Source: Streptosporangiales bacterium
GTDB lineage: Bacteria > Actinomycetota > Actinomycetes > Streptosporangiales > WHST01
DNA length: 64,000 nucleotides
Reading direction: 5' to 3'
NCBI GenBank assembly: GCA_009379825.1
Contig: WHTA01000023.1
Coordinates: 892-64,891, forward strand
Shown here piece by piece: positions 22,265-31,856 of the stretch. The notes under the pieces were generated by a model. That model saw only the letters and a list, made by a program, of their open reading frames with translations. It was not told the DNA's origin and ran no database searches. Within the stretch, counting starts at the first letter, position 1. Every line of letters starts with the position of its first letter. A program made the position numbers and the translations under genes.

Positions 22265-23044
22265 CTAGGCGATCTGGTACGAGACGTCGTGCTGCTCGAG
22301 CGCGGCCAGCTGCTGCCTGGACGCGCCGTCGTCGACGATCACCTGGTCGAACTCCGCCAGCGGCGCCAACCGGTGCAACGCGACCCGGCCCAGCTTGGTG
22401 TGGTCCACGAGCAGGTAGCGCCGGGTCGCGGCCCGGATCATCGCCCGCTTCACCACGACGATCCGCTCCTCCTGGTGGAAGGCGCCGCCGTCGGCCACCG
22501 CCGACGTCGACACGAACAGCACGTCGACGCGGATCGCCTCGATCCGCTCCACACACCCCAGGCCGAGGAACGAGTCGTGCAGCGGGTCGTAGTCACCGCC
22601 GAGTCCCATCAGCTGTACCCCGCGGCTCCGGCTCAGCTCGCGGAGCGCCTGCAGGTAGTTGGTCGCTACCCGTAACGAGGTGAGCTCGCCGAGCAACGGG
22701 ATCATCGAGGCAGCCGTCGTCGAGTCGTCGAGCATCACCGACATACCGGGCTCGACGTAGCGCATCGCGGCTCTCGCGATCTTCGCCTTCTCGTCGACCG
22801 CCTGCTTGCGCCGGTACACGACGTTCGACTCGAAGACCCCGGAAGGCTGCGCGGTCACCCCGCCACGGTACTTCCGCACGATGCCCTGGCGTTCCAACTC
22901 GTCCAGGTCGCGGTGCACGGTCATCAGGCTCACGCCGAACGTGGCGGCCAGCTCCTGTGCCGAGATGCTGCCGTGCGCGAGGATGACGTCGGCGATCTCT
23001 TCCTGCCGCTCCGCCAGCTTGCTCGGTCGCCGCGTCGCGCTCAC
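22265..23044 (-). CDS. DeoR/GlpR-family transcriptional regulator
   Basis: ORF trimmed to GTG at 23044, with GGAGGGAGG 6 nt upstream. N-terminal HTH ISAQELAATFGVSLMTVHRDLDELERQGIV and a C-terminal DeoR sugar-binding domain. Confidence 0.85.
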   Translation of the reverse strand: MSATRRPSKLAERQEEIADVILAHGSISAQELAATFGVSLMTVHRDLDELERQGIVRKYRGGVTAQPSGVFESNVVYRRKQAVDEKAKIARAAMRYVEPGMSVMLDDSTTAASMIPLLGELTSLRVATNYLQALRELSRSRGVQLMGLGGDYDPLHDSFLGLGCVERIEAIRVDVLFVSTSAVADGGAFHQEERIVVVKRAMIRAATRRYLLVDHTKLGRVALHRLAPLAEFDQVIVDDGASRQQLAALEQHDVSYQIA

Positions 23045-23325
23045 CTCGACCTCCCTCCTCGGAGGATTGGGCCACCATCGATGATCACACAGATCCGCGA
23101 GAAGTTCACAGTGCAGGATGCCGCGCTCAGCGTGATCCAACCGAGACATACGCGGTGGCCAGCCGTGGAACCTTGCTCTCTTTCAGATAGCTCTGTTATG
23201 TTCCAAGTCATTTCACGCACTGCCACGTGATGGACTGATCGAGGTGCGGGATGATGCCGCCATGACGTCCCGGCCAGGCAACCGTTACCCGCGCCCTTCC
23301 GCGACATTGCACCGAGGGAGTTGCC
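23045..23325. promoter_or_regulatory. Divergent promoter region (DeoR regulator / second sugar ABC operon)
   Basis: 281 bp non-coding, lower-GC stretch between divergent starts. GAGGGAG RBS precedes the ATG at 23326. Confidence 0.4.
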
Positions 23326-24741
23326 ATGTCCGATCCCATGTCTCGTCGGGGGTTCCTGCACGGCGTCGCGGGAGTCGGTACCGCCGCGGCCGCCGGTCCG
23401 CTCCTCCTCACCTCGTGCGCCGGCGGTGAGCAACAGGAGGTCACGGAGAAGAGCCTGCAGGCGTACCAGCAGGCCGACATCGACTGGAAGCAAGCCAGCG
23501 GCGTGAAGCTCAAGGTGGCGATCATCGCCGCCAACCCCTTCGCCAACCTGAGCGACCTGCTACCACAATTCAAGAAACTGACTGGTATCGACGTCACGTT
23601 CGAGGAGATCCCGCCACCACAGATCAGGCACAAAGTGATCCTCGACTTCTCCAGTGACGGGAAGCAGTACCACACCAGCGCGACCGACCCGATGTACTAC
23701 CCGCTCTACGCGAAGAACAAGTGGATCGTCCCGCTCACCGAGTTCCTCGACGACCCCGAGCTCACCGACAAGGCCTGGCTCGACGTCGACGACATCCTGC
23801 CCGGCTGGCGGCAGTCGGTGTCCCTCGACGGCACCTGGTACGGCATGCCGTACGACGGCGAGGTCACCGTCCAGATCTACCGCACCGACCTGTACGACGA
23901 GGCCAACCTCAAGCCGGCGCAGACGCTGGCGCAGTACGCGGCGAACGCGAAGAAGCTCAACAAGCCGGGCGACCGCGTGTGGGGTGCTGTGCTCCGCGGC
24001 ACGCCCGGCGCCGGCCAGAACATGTACATCTGGCCGTCGATCTTCCGTGAGTTCGGCGGCGAGTGGTTCGACAAGGACATGCGTCCCACGGTCAACTCCG
24101 ACGCCGGTGTCAAGGCGCTGGAGTGGTACATCGACATCGTAAAGAACTACGCTCCCAAGTCGGCGACCAACTGGAACTGGACCGACATCGCGGACGCGTT
24201 CGCCAGCGGCACCGTCGCGTCCTACCTCGACGCGTCGATGACGCACACGGTGCTCCAGGACGAGACCAAGTCGACGGTCGCGGAGAAGCTCGGCTTCGCC
24301 CGCTGGCCGGCCGGCCCGGACGGCACCCGGGTCTCCTCCATCTGGAACTGGAGTTTCCCGATCAACGCCGACTTCAGCCGCAAGGAGCAGATCGCCACCT
24401 GGCTGTTCATCCAGTGGGCTACCTGCAAGGAGACCCAGACGCGGACCTCGCTTGACTGGTCCGGTGCCCGTGCGCGCTCCGGCGTCAACCGCACCTCGAT
24501 CACCAAGACGTCCGCGTACAAGAAGAAGTTCGAGAACGTCGGGCGCGGGTTCCTCGACACCCTCACCACCGCTTTCGCCGAGGACCAGGACCCGGACTGG
24601 CGGCCGCGGGTGCCGGAGTGGCCGAAGATCGGTGACCGGATGGCGACCGCAGTGCAGTCGGCCCTCACCGGGCAGGAGAAGCCGAAGGAGGCACTCGACA
24701 ACGTGAACAAGGGCCTCGCGAAACTGGTCAAAGAGTCCTGA
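23326..24741 (+). CDS. Extracellular solute-binding protein (family 1), Tat-lipoprotein
   Basis: 471 aa. SRRGFLHGVAG Tat motif and LLTSCAGG lipobox. Confidence 0.9.
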   Translation: MSDPMSRRGFLHGVAGVGTAAAAGPLLLTSCAGGEQQEVTEKSLQAYQQADIDWKQASGVKLKVAIIAANPFANLSDLLPQFKKLTGIDVTFEEIPPPQIRHKVILDFSSDGKQYHTSATDPMYYPLYAKNKWIVPLTEFLDDPELTDKAWLDVDDILPGWRQSVSLDGTWYGMPYDGEVTVQIYRTDLYDEANLKPAQTLAQYAANAKKLNKPGDRVWGAVLRGTPGAGQNMYIWPSIFREFGGEWFDKDMRPTVNSDAGVKALEWYIDIVKNYAPKSATNWNWTDIADAFASGTVASYLDASMTHTVLQDETKSTVAEKLGFARWPAGPDGTRVSSIWNWSFPINADFSRKEQIATWLFIQWATCKETQTRTSLDWSGARARSGVNRTSITKTSAYKKKFENVGRGFLDTLTTAFAEDQDPDWRPRVPEWPKIGDRMATAVQSALTGQEKPKEALDNVNKGLAKLVKES

Positions 24742-24746
24742 CACGT

Positions 24747-25658
24747 ATGGCGGCAACTGCGGCGGCGAAACCACCACCCGCGGACTCGGTCGTCCGCGCG
24801 CAGGAGCGTTTCGGTCGGGTGCTCGCGGCCCCGGCCGCGATCGTGCTGCTCGTCACTACCACCATCCCGCTGTGCTACCTCGTCGTCACCAGCCTGTACT
24901 CGAGGGACCTCAGCAACCCCGGCAGTGGCGGCTTCGTCGGTCTCGCCAACTACGTGGAGGCCCTCGGCGACGGCAGGTTCTGGCACAGCCTCGGGATCTC
25001 GCTGATCTACACGACGTCCACCGTCGCGCTGCAGCTCGTCGTGGGCATGCTGCTCGCGCTGGCGATCCACCGCATCAAGCGCGGCGCGTGGCTGCTGCGG
25101 GTGATGGCGATCATGCCGATTCTGCTAGCGCCAGTGGTGGTCGGTCTGGTCTGGCGCACCCTGCTGCTCTCGCCCGAGTTCGGCATCGTCGGCTTCGTCG
25201 CCGAGCAGTTCGGCGTCGGCATCCAGAACTGGCTCGGTGAGCCGGTCAGCGCGCTCGTGTGGGTGATCGTCATCCACACCTGGCAGTGGACGCCGTTCTG
25301 CTTCCTGGTCTTCTCCGCGAGCCTGGCGGCGATGCCGGTCGAGCTCGAGGAGGCGGCCAGGCTCGACCGCGCGTCGCCGTGGAAGCGGTTCTGGTACGTC
25401 ACGTTCCCGCTGCTGCGGCAGGCGATCGTCATCGTCGCCATCATCCGCACGGTGATCGCGCTGTCCGCCTTCGACGCGCTGTTCGCGGCCACCGGCGGCG
25501 GGCCAGGCACGGCGACGGAGATCCTCAACCTGTACGTCTACCGGATCTCGTTCACCGAGCTGCGCATGGGCTACGGGTCCGCGCTCGCGGTGATCCTCAT
25601 GGCCATCACGTTCATCATCGCCGCAGTCTTCTTCCGGTTGCGCGGGGCGCGGCGATGA
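24747..25658 (+). CDS. Carbohydrate ABC transporter permease
   Basis: 303 aa, multiple TM helices, EAA loop LEEAARLDRASPWKRFWYVTFPLLR. Confidence 0.9.
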   Translation: MAATAAAKPPPADSVVRAQERFGRVLAAPAAIVLLVTTTIPLCYLVVTSLYSRDLSNPGSGGFVGLANYVEALGDGRFWHSLGISLIYTTSTVALQLVVGMLLALAIHRIKRGAWLLRVMAIMPILLAPVVVGLVWRTLLLSPEFGIVGFVAEQFGVGIQNWLGEPVSALVWVIVIHTWQWTPFCFLVFSASLAAMPVELEEAARLDRASPWKRFWYVTFPLLRQAIVIVAIIRTVIALSAFDALFAATGGGPGTATEILNLYVYRISFTELRMGYGSALAVILMAITFIIAAVFFRLRGARR

Positions 25659-26494
25659 GGACGAGACCAGCGCGCATCGTCGTCGCCGTCGCAGCCGGGG
25701 TCGTACTCTTCGGCACCTGGATCTTCCCGGTGATCTGGACCGCGGTGACGTCGGCGAAGCTCGCCAAGGACATCTTCGTCTACCCGCCGCGGATCTTCTT
25801 CCTGCCGACGGGACTCAACTACCAGCAGGTGCTCGGCGGCGACCAGTCGCTGCTCGGCAACCTGGTGACCAGCGCGGTGATCGCATGCGGGGCAACCGTC
25901 CTCAGCCTCGCCGTCGGCATTCCCATGGCGTACACGTTCGCCCGGGCGAACTTCCGCGGCCGGTCGGTCCTCGCGCTCTACACGCTGTTCACGTACCTCA
26001 TCCCGCGGATGGGGATCGTGGTGCCACTGTTCGTCATCTTCCGGCAGCTCGACCTGTTCGGCAACTACCTCGGCATGATCGCCGTGTACATGAGCTTCTC
26101 GCTGCCGTTCGCCGTCTGGCTGCTCGTGCCGTACTTCGAGGACATCCCCAGGGAGATGGAGGACGCCGCGCTCATCGACCGCGCGGGACGGCTGCGTGCC
26201 CTGTGGTACGTGATCCTGCCGCAGGTGCGCGGCGGCGTCTCCGTCACGGCGATCTTCGTCTTCATCAACGCCTGGAACGAGTTCGTCTTCGGGCTGATCC
26301 TCGGCAGCAACGAGGTGCGCCCGGTGACGGTGGAGATGTACAACTTCATCGGCTTCGAGCAGACGCTGTGGGGGCCGCTGACCGCGGGGGCGATCGTGGC
26401 GATCATCCCGGTGGTCGTGCTCGGCTTCGGCGCTCAGCGCGGCATCGTGCGCGGCCTGACGGCAGGATCGGTCAAGGGAGGGTCCCGTCAATGA
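25655..26494 (+). CDS. Carbohydrate ABC transporter permease
   Basis: In-frame ATG at 25655 within ORF 25259..26494 (ATGA overlap). EAA loop MEDAALIDRAGRLRALWYVILPQVR. Confidence 0.9.
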   Translation: MRTRPARIVVAVAAGVVLFGTWIFPVIWTAVTSAKLAKDIFVYPPRIFFLPTGLNYQQVLGGDQSLLGNLVTSAVIACGATVLSLAVGIPMAYTFARANFRGRSVLALYTLFTYLIPRMGIVVPLFVIFRQLDLFGNYLGMIAVYMSFSLPFAVWLLVPYFEDIPREMEDAALIDRAGRLRALWYVILPQVRGGVSVTAIFVFINAWNEFVFGLILGSNEVRPVTVEMYNFIGFEQTLWGPLTAGAIVAIIPVVVLGFGAQRGIVRGLTAGSVKGGSRQ

Positions 26495-27597
26495 GTGAGG
26501 CGGCTGACGGCCGTACCGTGGACAACGGCTCGCGCGGCAGCATCAACCTCGCGGGCATCACCAAGCGGTACGGCGACTTCACCGCGATCCACGAGCTCGA
26601 CCTGGAGATCCACCCGGGCGAGTTCTTCGCGTTCCTCGGGCCGTCCGGTTCCGGCAAGACCACCAGCCTGCGTATCGTCGCCGGCCTCGAGGCGCCGGAC
26701 GAAGGGCGTGTGCTGCTCGACGGCGCGGACGTGACCGGCAGGCAACCGGGCGACCGCGACATCGCCATGGTGTTCCAGAACTATGCGCTGTACCCGCACA
26801 TGACCGTCGCCCAGAACATCGGCTTCCCGCTGAAGATGGTCGGCACGCCGGGGGCGGAGATCTCCGCCCGGGTGACCGAGGCCGCCGACCGCGTGCAGAT
26901 GGGGCACCTGCTGCAGCGCAAGCCCGGCCAGCTCTCCGGTGGCCAGCAGCAACGCGTCGCGCTTGCCCGCGCGATCGTACGGCACCCGAACGTGTTCCTG
27001 CTCGACGAGCCGTTGTCCAACCTCGACGCGCAGCTGCGGATGGACACCAGGGTCACGCTGAAGCGGTTGCAGCTCGAGCTGGGCGTCACCGCCCTCTACG
27101 TCACGCACGACCAGGAGGAGGCGGTGACGCTCGCCGACCGGATGGCCGTCTTCATGGACGGCAGGGTGGTGCAGGTCGGCCCACCGCGGGAGCTGTTCGA
27201 CCGCCCGGGAACCACCGACGTCGCCGCGTTCCTCGGCCGGCCGCCGATGAACCTGCTGCCTGGCACGGTGTCGAGCAAGGGACTGACCGTCGAGGGCATC
27301 GACACCACCTACCCCGACGTACGCGCCGACGAGGAGCAGGCGGTGACCGTGGGCTTCCGCCCGCGCGAGATCGACCTCGCCGGGAAGGACAACCAGGCCG
27401 AGGTGTTCCTGGCCGAGTCGACCGGCGAGCAGACCATCGTCAACCTCAGCTGCGGTCCACACCTGGTCAAGGCACAGGTGGACGGCATGGTCGAGTACGA
27501 GGTCGGCCGGCAGCAGAGCTTCTCGCTTCCGGCGGAGGCGCTGCACCTCTTCGACGCGGAGTCCGGCGTGCGGCTGTCGGACTCGCCTACCGGGTGA
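26491..27597 (+). CDS. Sugar ABC transporter ATP-binding protein (MalK/UgpC type)
   Basis: ATG at 26491 within ORF 25885..27597 (ATGA overlap). Walker [10 protein letters not shown], signature [14 protein letters not shown], Walker [12 protein letters not shown]. Confidence 0.9.
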   Translation: MSEAADGRTVDNGSRGSINLAGITKRYGDFTAIHELDLEIHPGEFFAFLGPSGSGKTTSLRIVAGLEAPDEGRVLLDGADVTGRQPGDRDIAMVFQNYALYPHMTVAQNIGFPLKMVGTPGAEISARVTEAADRVQMGHLLQRKPGQLSGGQQQRVALARAIVRHPNVFLLDEPLSNLDAQLRMDTRVTLKRLQLELGVTALYVTHDQEEAVTLADRMAVFMDGRVVQVGPPRELFDRPGTTDVAAFLGRPPMNLLPGTVSSKGLTVEGIDTTYPDVRADEEQAVTVGFRPREIDLAGKDNQAEVFLAESTGEQTIVNLSCGPHLVKAQVDGMVEYEVGRQQSFSLPAEALHLFDAESGVRLSDSPTG

Positions 27598-28282
27598 CCC
27601 GCGCGGTGCCCGTACCGCGCCGGGGCTTCGGCGTCTCCTGCCGTGGCGCCGGATCCACCGCCAGCCTGGACCGCACCACGCGCGCGGGCACACCGACCGC
27701 GATCGCGTAGTCGGGTACGTCCTTCGTGACCACCGAGTTGGCACCGATCACCGCGCCCCTGCCGATCTGCGTGCCGCGGAGCACGGTGACCTTCGTACCG
27801 ATCCAGACGTCCGGCCCCACCCGTACGGGGCGCTTGACGATGCCCTGGTCCTTGATGGGGATGCTGATGTCGTCGACCTTGTGGTCGAAGTCCGCGATGT
27901 AGACGTCGTCCGCCACGATCGTGCATGCACCGACCTCGACGTCGAGGTAGCAGTTGACGCTGACGTCCTGGCCGAAGACGGCCTTCTCCCCCACCCGCAG
28001 GTTGCCCTCGTGGCACCGCAGCTTCGTGCCGTCGCCGAAGTGCGTCCACCGGCCGAGGACCAGCCGGCCGTACCCCTTGCGCGCGTACACCTGGGTACGC
28101 CGGCCGAGGAACACGAAGCCCTCGGTGACGACGTGCGGGTTGCGGAGCTTGAAGCGGAGGAACCGCCAGTACCGCAACAGGTAGAACGGTGTCCACGCGC
28201 GCTGCCGCAGCACCCAGCGCAGCGACGCCACGGTGAGGAAGCGCGCCTGCCGGGGATCTCTGGACCTGGCCACGGCGTACAA
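27587..28282 (-). CDS. Left-handed beta-helix (hexapeptide-repeat) acyl/acetyltransferase
   Basis: 231 aa. Hexapeptide-like repeats VGPDVWIGTKVTVLRGTQIGRGAVIGANSVVTKDVPDYAIAVGVPARV. Its 3' end overlaps the convergent ATPase gene by 11 nt. Confidence 0.8.
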   Translation of the reverse strand: MYAVARSRDPRQARFLTVASLRWVLRQRAWTPFYLLRYWRFLRFKLRNPHVVTEGFVFLGRRTQVYARKGYGRLVLGRWTHFGDGTKLRCHEGNLRVGEKAVFGQDVSVNCYLDVEVGACTIVADDVYIADFDHKVDDISIPIKDQGIVKRPVRVGPDVWIGTKVTVLRGTQIGRGAVIGANSVVTKDVPDYAIAVGVPARVVRSRLAVDPAPRQETPKPRRGTGTARVTR

Positions 28283-28306
28283 CGGTAGCGCGCCGGCCGA
28301 CCGGTG

Positions 28307-29131
28307 TCAGTCCCGCACTGCGCGCAGCGAGTAGAGCAGCGGCACCCGCGGGCGGGACGCCGGCAACCGCCACCAGCCGTTGCCCGTCGGGAGCATGCCG
28401 GGGAAGCGGTCCCACGGCAGCACGACGTGCTCGACCAGCGACGTGACCCGCAGCCCCGCGCCGAGCACCGCGTTCACCACTGAGCCGAGGTCGTGTGTCC
28501 ACTGGTACGACACGGTGTCCGCGGCCAGCGCCGCACCGTCGGTGTACGTCTGCGTGCTGTCCAACCGCTCCGCCCCGCGGCCGGGGAGGTAGTCGTACGC
28601 GACCACTAGGTCGTCGGCGGGCTGCCCGTCGGCGAACGCGGCGAGCAACGGGTGGAACTCCACCAGGTAGAGCTCGCCGCCCGGACGCAGCAGCTCGGCC
28701 ACCACCCGCGCCCAGTGGTGTAGGTCGGGCAGCCAGACCAGCGAGCCCTTGCCGGTGTAGACCACGTCGAACGTGGCGCCGTCGAGCACGGCCGCGGCGT
28801 CGTAGACGTTCGCGCACTCGTAGCGGACGTCCAACGCGCACTCGGCGGCGATGCGCCGCGCGGTGGTCACCGACTCCGCGGAGAAGTCCACGCCCACCGC
28901 CCGCGCTCCGGCACGTGCCAGGCACACGGTGTCGGTGCCGATGTGGCACTGCAGGTGCACCAGGTCGCGACCGGCGAGGCCGCCGAGCTCCTCGTACTCG
29001 AACGGCGCCAACCGCTCGGCGCCCGCGCGCAACCCCGCCAGGTCGTAGAACGCACTGTCGGCGTGCACCGGCGTGCGGGCGTCCCAGTTGCGGGCGTTCA
29101 CCCGCATCATCTCGCTCGGGTCGGGTTCCAT
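28307..29131 (-). CDS. Class I SAM-dependent methyltransferase
   Basis: 274 aa with a Rossmann-type SAM motif (DLVHLQCHIGTDTVCLARAGA.AVGVDFS). Confidence 0.8.
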   Translation of the reverse strand: MEPDPSEMMRVNARNWDARTPVHADSAFYDLAGLRAGAERLAPFEYEELGGLAGRDLVHLQCHIGTDTVCLARAGARAVGVDFSAESVTTARRIAAECALDVRYECANVYDAAAVLDGATFDVVYTGKGSLVWLPDLHHWARVVAELLRPGGELYLVEFHPLLAAFADGQPADDLVVAYDYLPGRGAERLDSTQTYTDGAALAADTVSYQWTHDLGSVVNAVLGAGLRVTSLVEHVVLPWDRFPGMLPTGNGWWRLPASRPRVPLLYSLRAVRD

Positions 29132-29138
29132 CGGGTCG

Positions 29139-30059
29139 TCACGGAGCCGTGCCGGTCACCATCACGTTGTAGAAGACCTCGGGCGGCATCACCTTGGCGA
29201 GCAGCTTCTTGTCCACCACGGAGAGCGCCTGCCAGGTGCGGTACGCGAACATCGCCCAGTTCCAGCCCAGCCGGTCCTTGTTCACCGCGGACTCGAAGGT
29301 CCGTACCGGCCAGCCGAAGAACGCCGCCGCGAGCTCTTCGGTCTCGGTACGAACGTCGACCGCGCCCGCGCGCAGGCAGGTACGGGCGAGCTGCTCGGGG
29401 TCGAAGGTGTGCAGGTCCACGACCCACTCGAGCGCGGCGGCCTCGGACTGCTCCGCGAGCTCCTCCTCGCTGCGGCCCCAGCTGTCGCGCAGCGCCGGCA
29501 GCCGGGTGAGCCTCGTAGTCGCCCACCAGGTGAGCCGGCCGAGCCGGCGCGCGTAGAAGTCGCCGATGGTGGTCGGCTCGCCGGCGAACACGAACCTGCC
29601 GCCCGGCTTGAGCACCCGCACCACCTCACGGAGCGACTGCTCGACGTCGGGGATGTGGTGCAGCACCGCGTGGCCGACCACGAGGTCGAAGGTGTCGTCG
29701 TCGTACGGGATGCGCTCGGCGTCCGCGACCCGGCCCTCGATCTCCCAGCCGAGGTCCTTGGCGTTGCGCTTCGCGGCCTCCACCATGCCGGGGCTGATGT
29801 CGGTGACGTGCCCCTGGTCGAGCACCCCGGCCTGCTTCAGGTTGAGCAGGAAGAAACCGGTGCCGCAGCCGAGCTCGAGCGCCTTACCGTACGGCCAGCC
29901 CTCGGTGCCCGCGACCGTGATGAACCGGTCGCGAGCGTACTGGATGCAGCGCTCGTCGAAGGAGATCGACCACTTGTCGTCGTAGTGCTCGGACTCCCAG
30001 TCGTGGTATACGGTGTTCGCCTTCTTCGGGTCCTGCCTGATCTCGTCGAAGTCCGCCAT
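29139..30059 (-). CDS. Class I SAM-dependent methyltransferase
   Basis: C-terminal 306 aa of ORF 29139..30578. ATG at 30059 overlaps the echA stop by 1 nt. SAM motif I ALELGCGTGFF, then VLKPGGRFVF. Confidence 0.85.
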   Translation of the reverse strand: MADFDEIRQDPKKANTVYHDWESEHYDDKWSISFDERCIQYARDRFITVAGTEGWPYGKALELGCGTGFFLLNLKQAGVLDQGHVTDISPGMVEAAKRNAKDLGWEIEGRVADAERIPYDDDTFDLVVGHAVLHHIPDVEQSLREVVRVLKPGGRFVFAGEPTTIGDFYARRLGRLTWWATTRLTRLPALRDSWGRSEEELAEQSEAAALEWVVDLHTFDPEQLARTCLRAGAVDVRTETEELAAAFFGWPVRTFESAVNKDRLGWNWAMFAYRTWQALSVVDKKLLAKVMPPEVFYNVMVTGTAP

Positions 30060-30835
30060 CAACGGCCCTTGAACTCGGGCCGGCTCTTCGCCACGAAGGC
30101 CTCGAACCCGATCTTCTTGTCCTCGGTGGCGAACAGGCTGGCGAAGTGCACCCGCTCGATCTCCAGGCCGGTGGCGAGGTCGACCTCCAGGCCGCGGTCC
30201 ACCGCCTGCTTCGCCGCGGCGAGCGCGTGCTTCGGGCCACCGACGAAACGCGCGGCCCATGCCTGCGCCTCGGTGTAGACGTCCGCGGCTGGCACCACCC
30301 GGTCGACCAGCCCGATCGTCTGCGCCTCGTCGGCGGCGACCTGCCGGCCGGTGAGGATCAGGTCCTTCGCCTTCGCCGGCCCGACCAGCCGTGACAGCCG
30401 CTGGGTGCCGCCCGCACCGGGGATGATGCCGAGCAGGATCTCCGGCTGCCCCAGCTTCGCGTCGTCGGCGGCGATCCGTACGTCGCAGCACAACGCCAGC
30501 TCGCAGCCGCCGCCGAGGGCGTACCCGGTGACCGCCCCGACCACGGGCTTGGGGATCTCGGCGACCGCCGTGAAGCACGCCTGCAGGTCACCGGACTGGG
30601 TGGCCATGTCGGCGTACGACATGGCGTCCATCTCCTTGATGTCCGCGCCGGCGGCGAACACCTGTTCCCCGCCGTACACGACGACCGCGGCGACGTCGGT
30701 ACGTGACGCGCATTCCTCGGCTGCCGTACTGATCTCCGCCTGCATCTGGCGGTTCAGCGCGTTCATCTTCGGCCGGTCCAGGCGAATCGTCGCTACACCG
30801 TCGGCGACCTCGACCCGTACGAACTCCATGACCAC
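30059..30835 (-). CDS. Enoyl-CoA hydratase/isomerase (crotonase family)
   Basis: 258 aa. Oxyanion-hole regions FAAGADIKEM and GYALGGGCELALCCD. Confidence 0.9.
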   Translation of the reverse strand: MVMEFVRVEVADGVATIRLDRPKMNALNRQMQAEISTAAEECASRTDVAAVVVYGGEQVFAAGADIKEMDAMSYADMATQSGDLQACFTAVAEIPKPVVGAVTGYALGGGCELALCCDVRIAADDAKLGQPEILLGIIPGAGGTQRLSRLVGPAKAKDLILTGRQVAADEAQTIGLVDRVVPAADVYTEAQAWAARFVGGPKHALAAAKQAVDRGLEVDLATGLEIERVHFASLFATEDKKIGFEAFVAKSRPEFKGR

Positions 30836-30910
30836 TCCTTACCCGGCGGTAACCTCAGCGAGGGTACCGCGTCGCGGCGTGCTGTCGGTGGCCGGCGGCA
30901 TAGTGGCCGG

Positions 30911-31792
30911 ATGAGGATCGTGGTGACCACACCCACCGGGTAGGTCGGGTCCCGGGTGGTACGGCTGCTGCTGCAGGCGGGCGTACGTCCCACCGTGCTG
31001 GCCCGCGACCCGGCCAGGCTCGACCCAGCGGTACGGCAGCTGGTCGACGTAACCGTCGTCGACCAGGGCGACGGCGACGCGGTGGTGCGCGCGACGAGCG
31101 GCGCGGACGCGCTGTTCTGGGTCGACCCGCCGACCGCGGACGACGACCCGGCCGGCGGTGGCTACGCGCGGATCGGCGCCAACGCCGCACGCGCGGTACA
31201 CGAGAACGGCGTCGCCCGCACGGTGTTCGTGAGCAGCGTCGGCGCGGAGAAGCGCCACGGCGCCGGCGAGATCGACGGGCTCGCCCGCACCGAGGAGCTG
31301 CTCGACGCCACCGGCGCGAGCGTCCTGCACCTGCGCTGCGGCTACTTCTTCACCAACCTGCTGATGGACGTCGACGCGCTGCGCGACGGGGTGCTGCGCA
31401 CGCCGTGGCCACTGGACTACCCGATGGCATGGGTCGACCCGCGCGACATCGGCGACGTCGCCGCGGCCCGCCTGCTCACCACCGACTGGTCGGGCCGGCA
31501 GGTGCAGGCCGTGCACGGTCCCGCCGACCTGACCTTCACCGAGGTCGGCGAGGTGCTCACCGACGCCCTCGGCCGACCGATCCACGTCGAGCACATCACC
31601 GACGACGGGCTGCGTACCGCATTGCGCGCCGTCGGCCTCGGCGCCAGCCAGACCGAGGGCATCGTCGGCATGTCCGCGGGGATGCGCAGCGGCTTCACCG
31701 CCGAGAACCCCCGCGACGTCGTCACCACCACACCCACCACACTCGCCGCATGGGCGTACGCCCATCTGCGCCCTGCGGTGAACGGAGCATGA
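30911..31792 (+). pseudogene. NmrA-family NAD(P)H-binding protein interrupted by an in-frame TAG at codon 11
   Basis: ATG 30911 reads MRIVVTTPTG-TAG(30941-30943)-VGSRVVRLLLQAG, and continues in the same frame as ORF 30956..31792. The stop lies inside the N-terminal Rossmann glycine-rich motif. Confidence 0.65.
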
Positions 31793-31856
31793 AACGGCGG
31801 CCCGCCGGCACCTGCAGTACGTAGGCTGCGACCAGGTCTACGGACGGAGGTCGCGA

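Noticed and set aside
14522-27597. Calling the carbohydrate block a mobile genomic island
   Set aside because: There is no integrase, transposase, tRNA attachment site, flanking direct repeats or obvious compositional break. I report only its position within a conserved synteny run, as an inference.
30941-30943. Two in-frame TAG codons (here and at 44601-44603) as evidence of amber recoding or suppression (e.g. pyrrolysine-like)
   Set aside because: TAG is used as an ordinary terminator by several intact genes in the window: ligA at 2363-2365, the EI24-like gene at 13699-13701 and the FGGY kinase at 15180-15182. No pyl-type genes or suppressor tRNA are visible. Simple nonsense mutation is more parsimonious.
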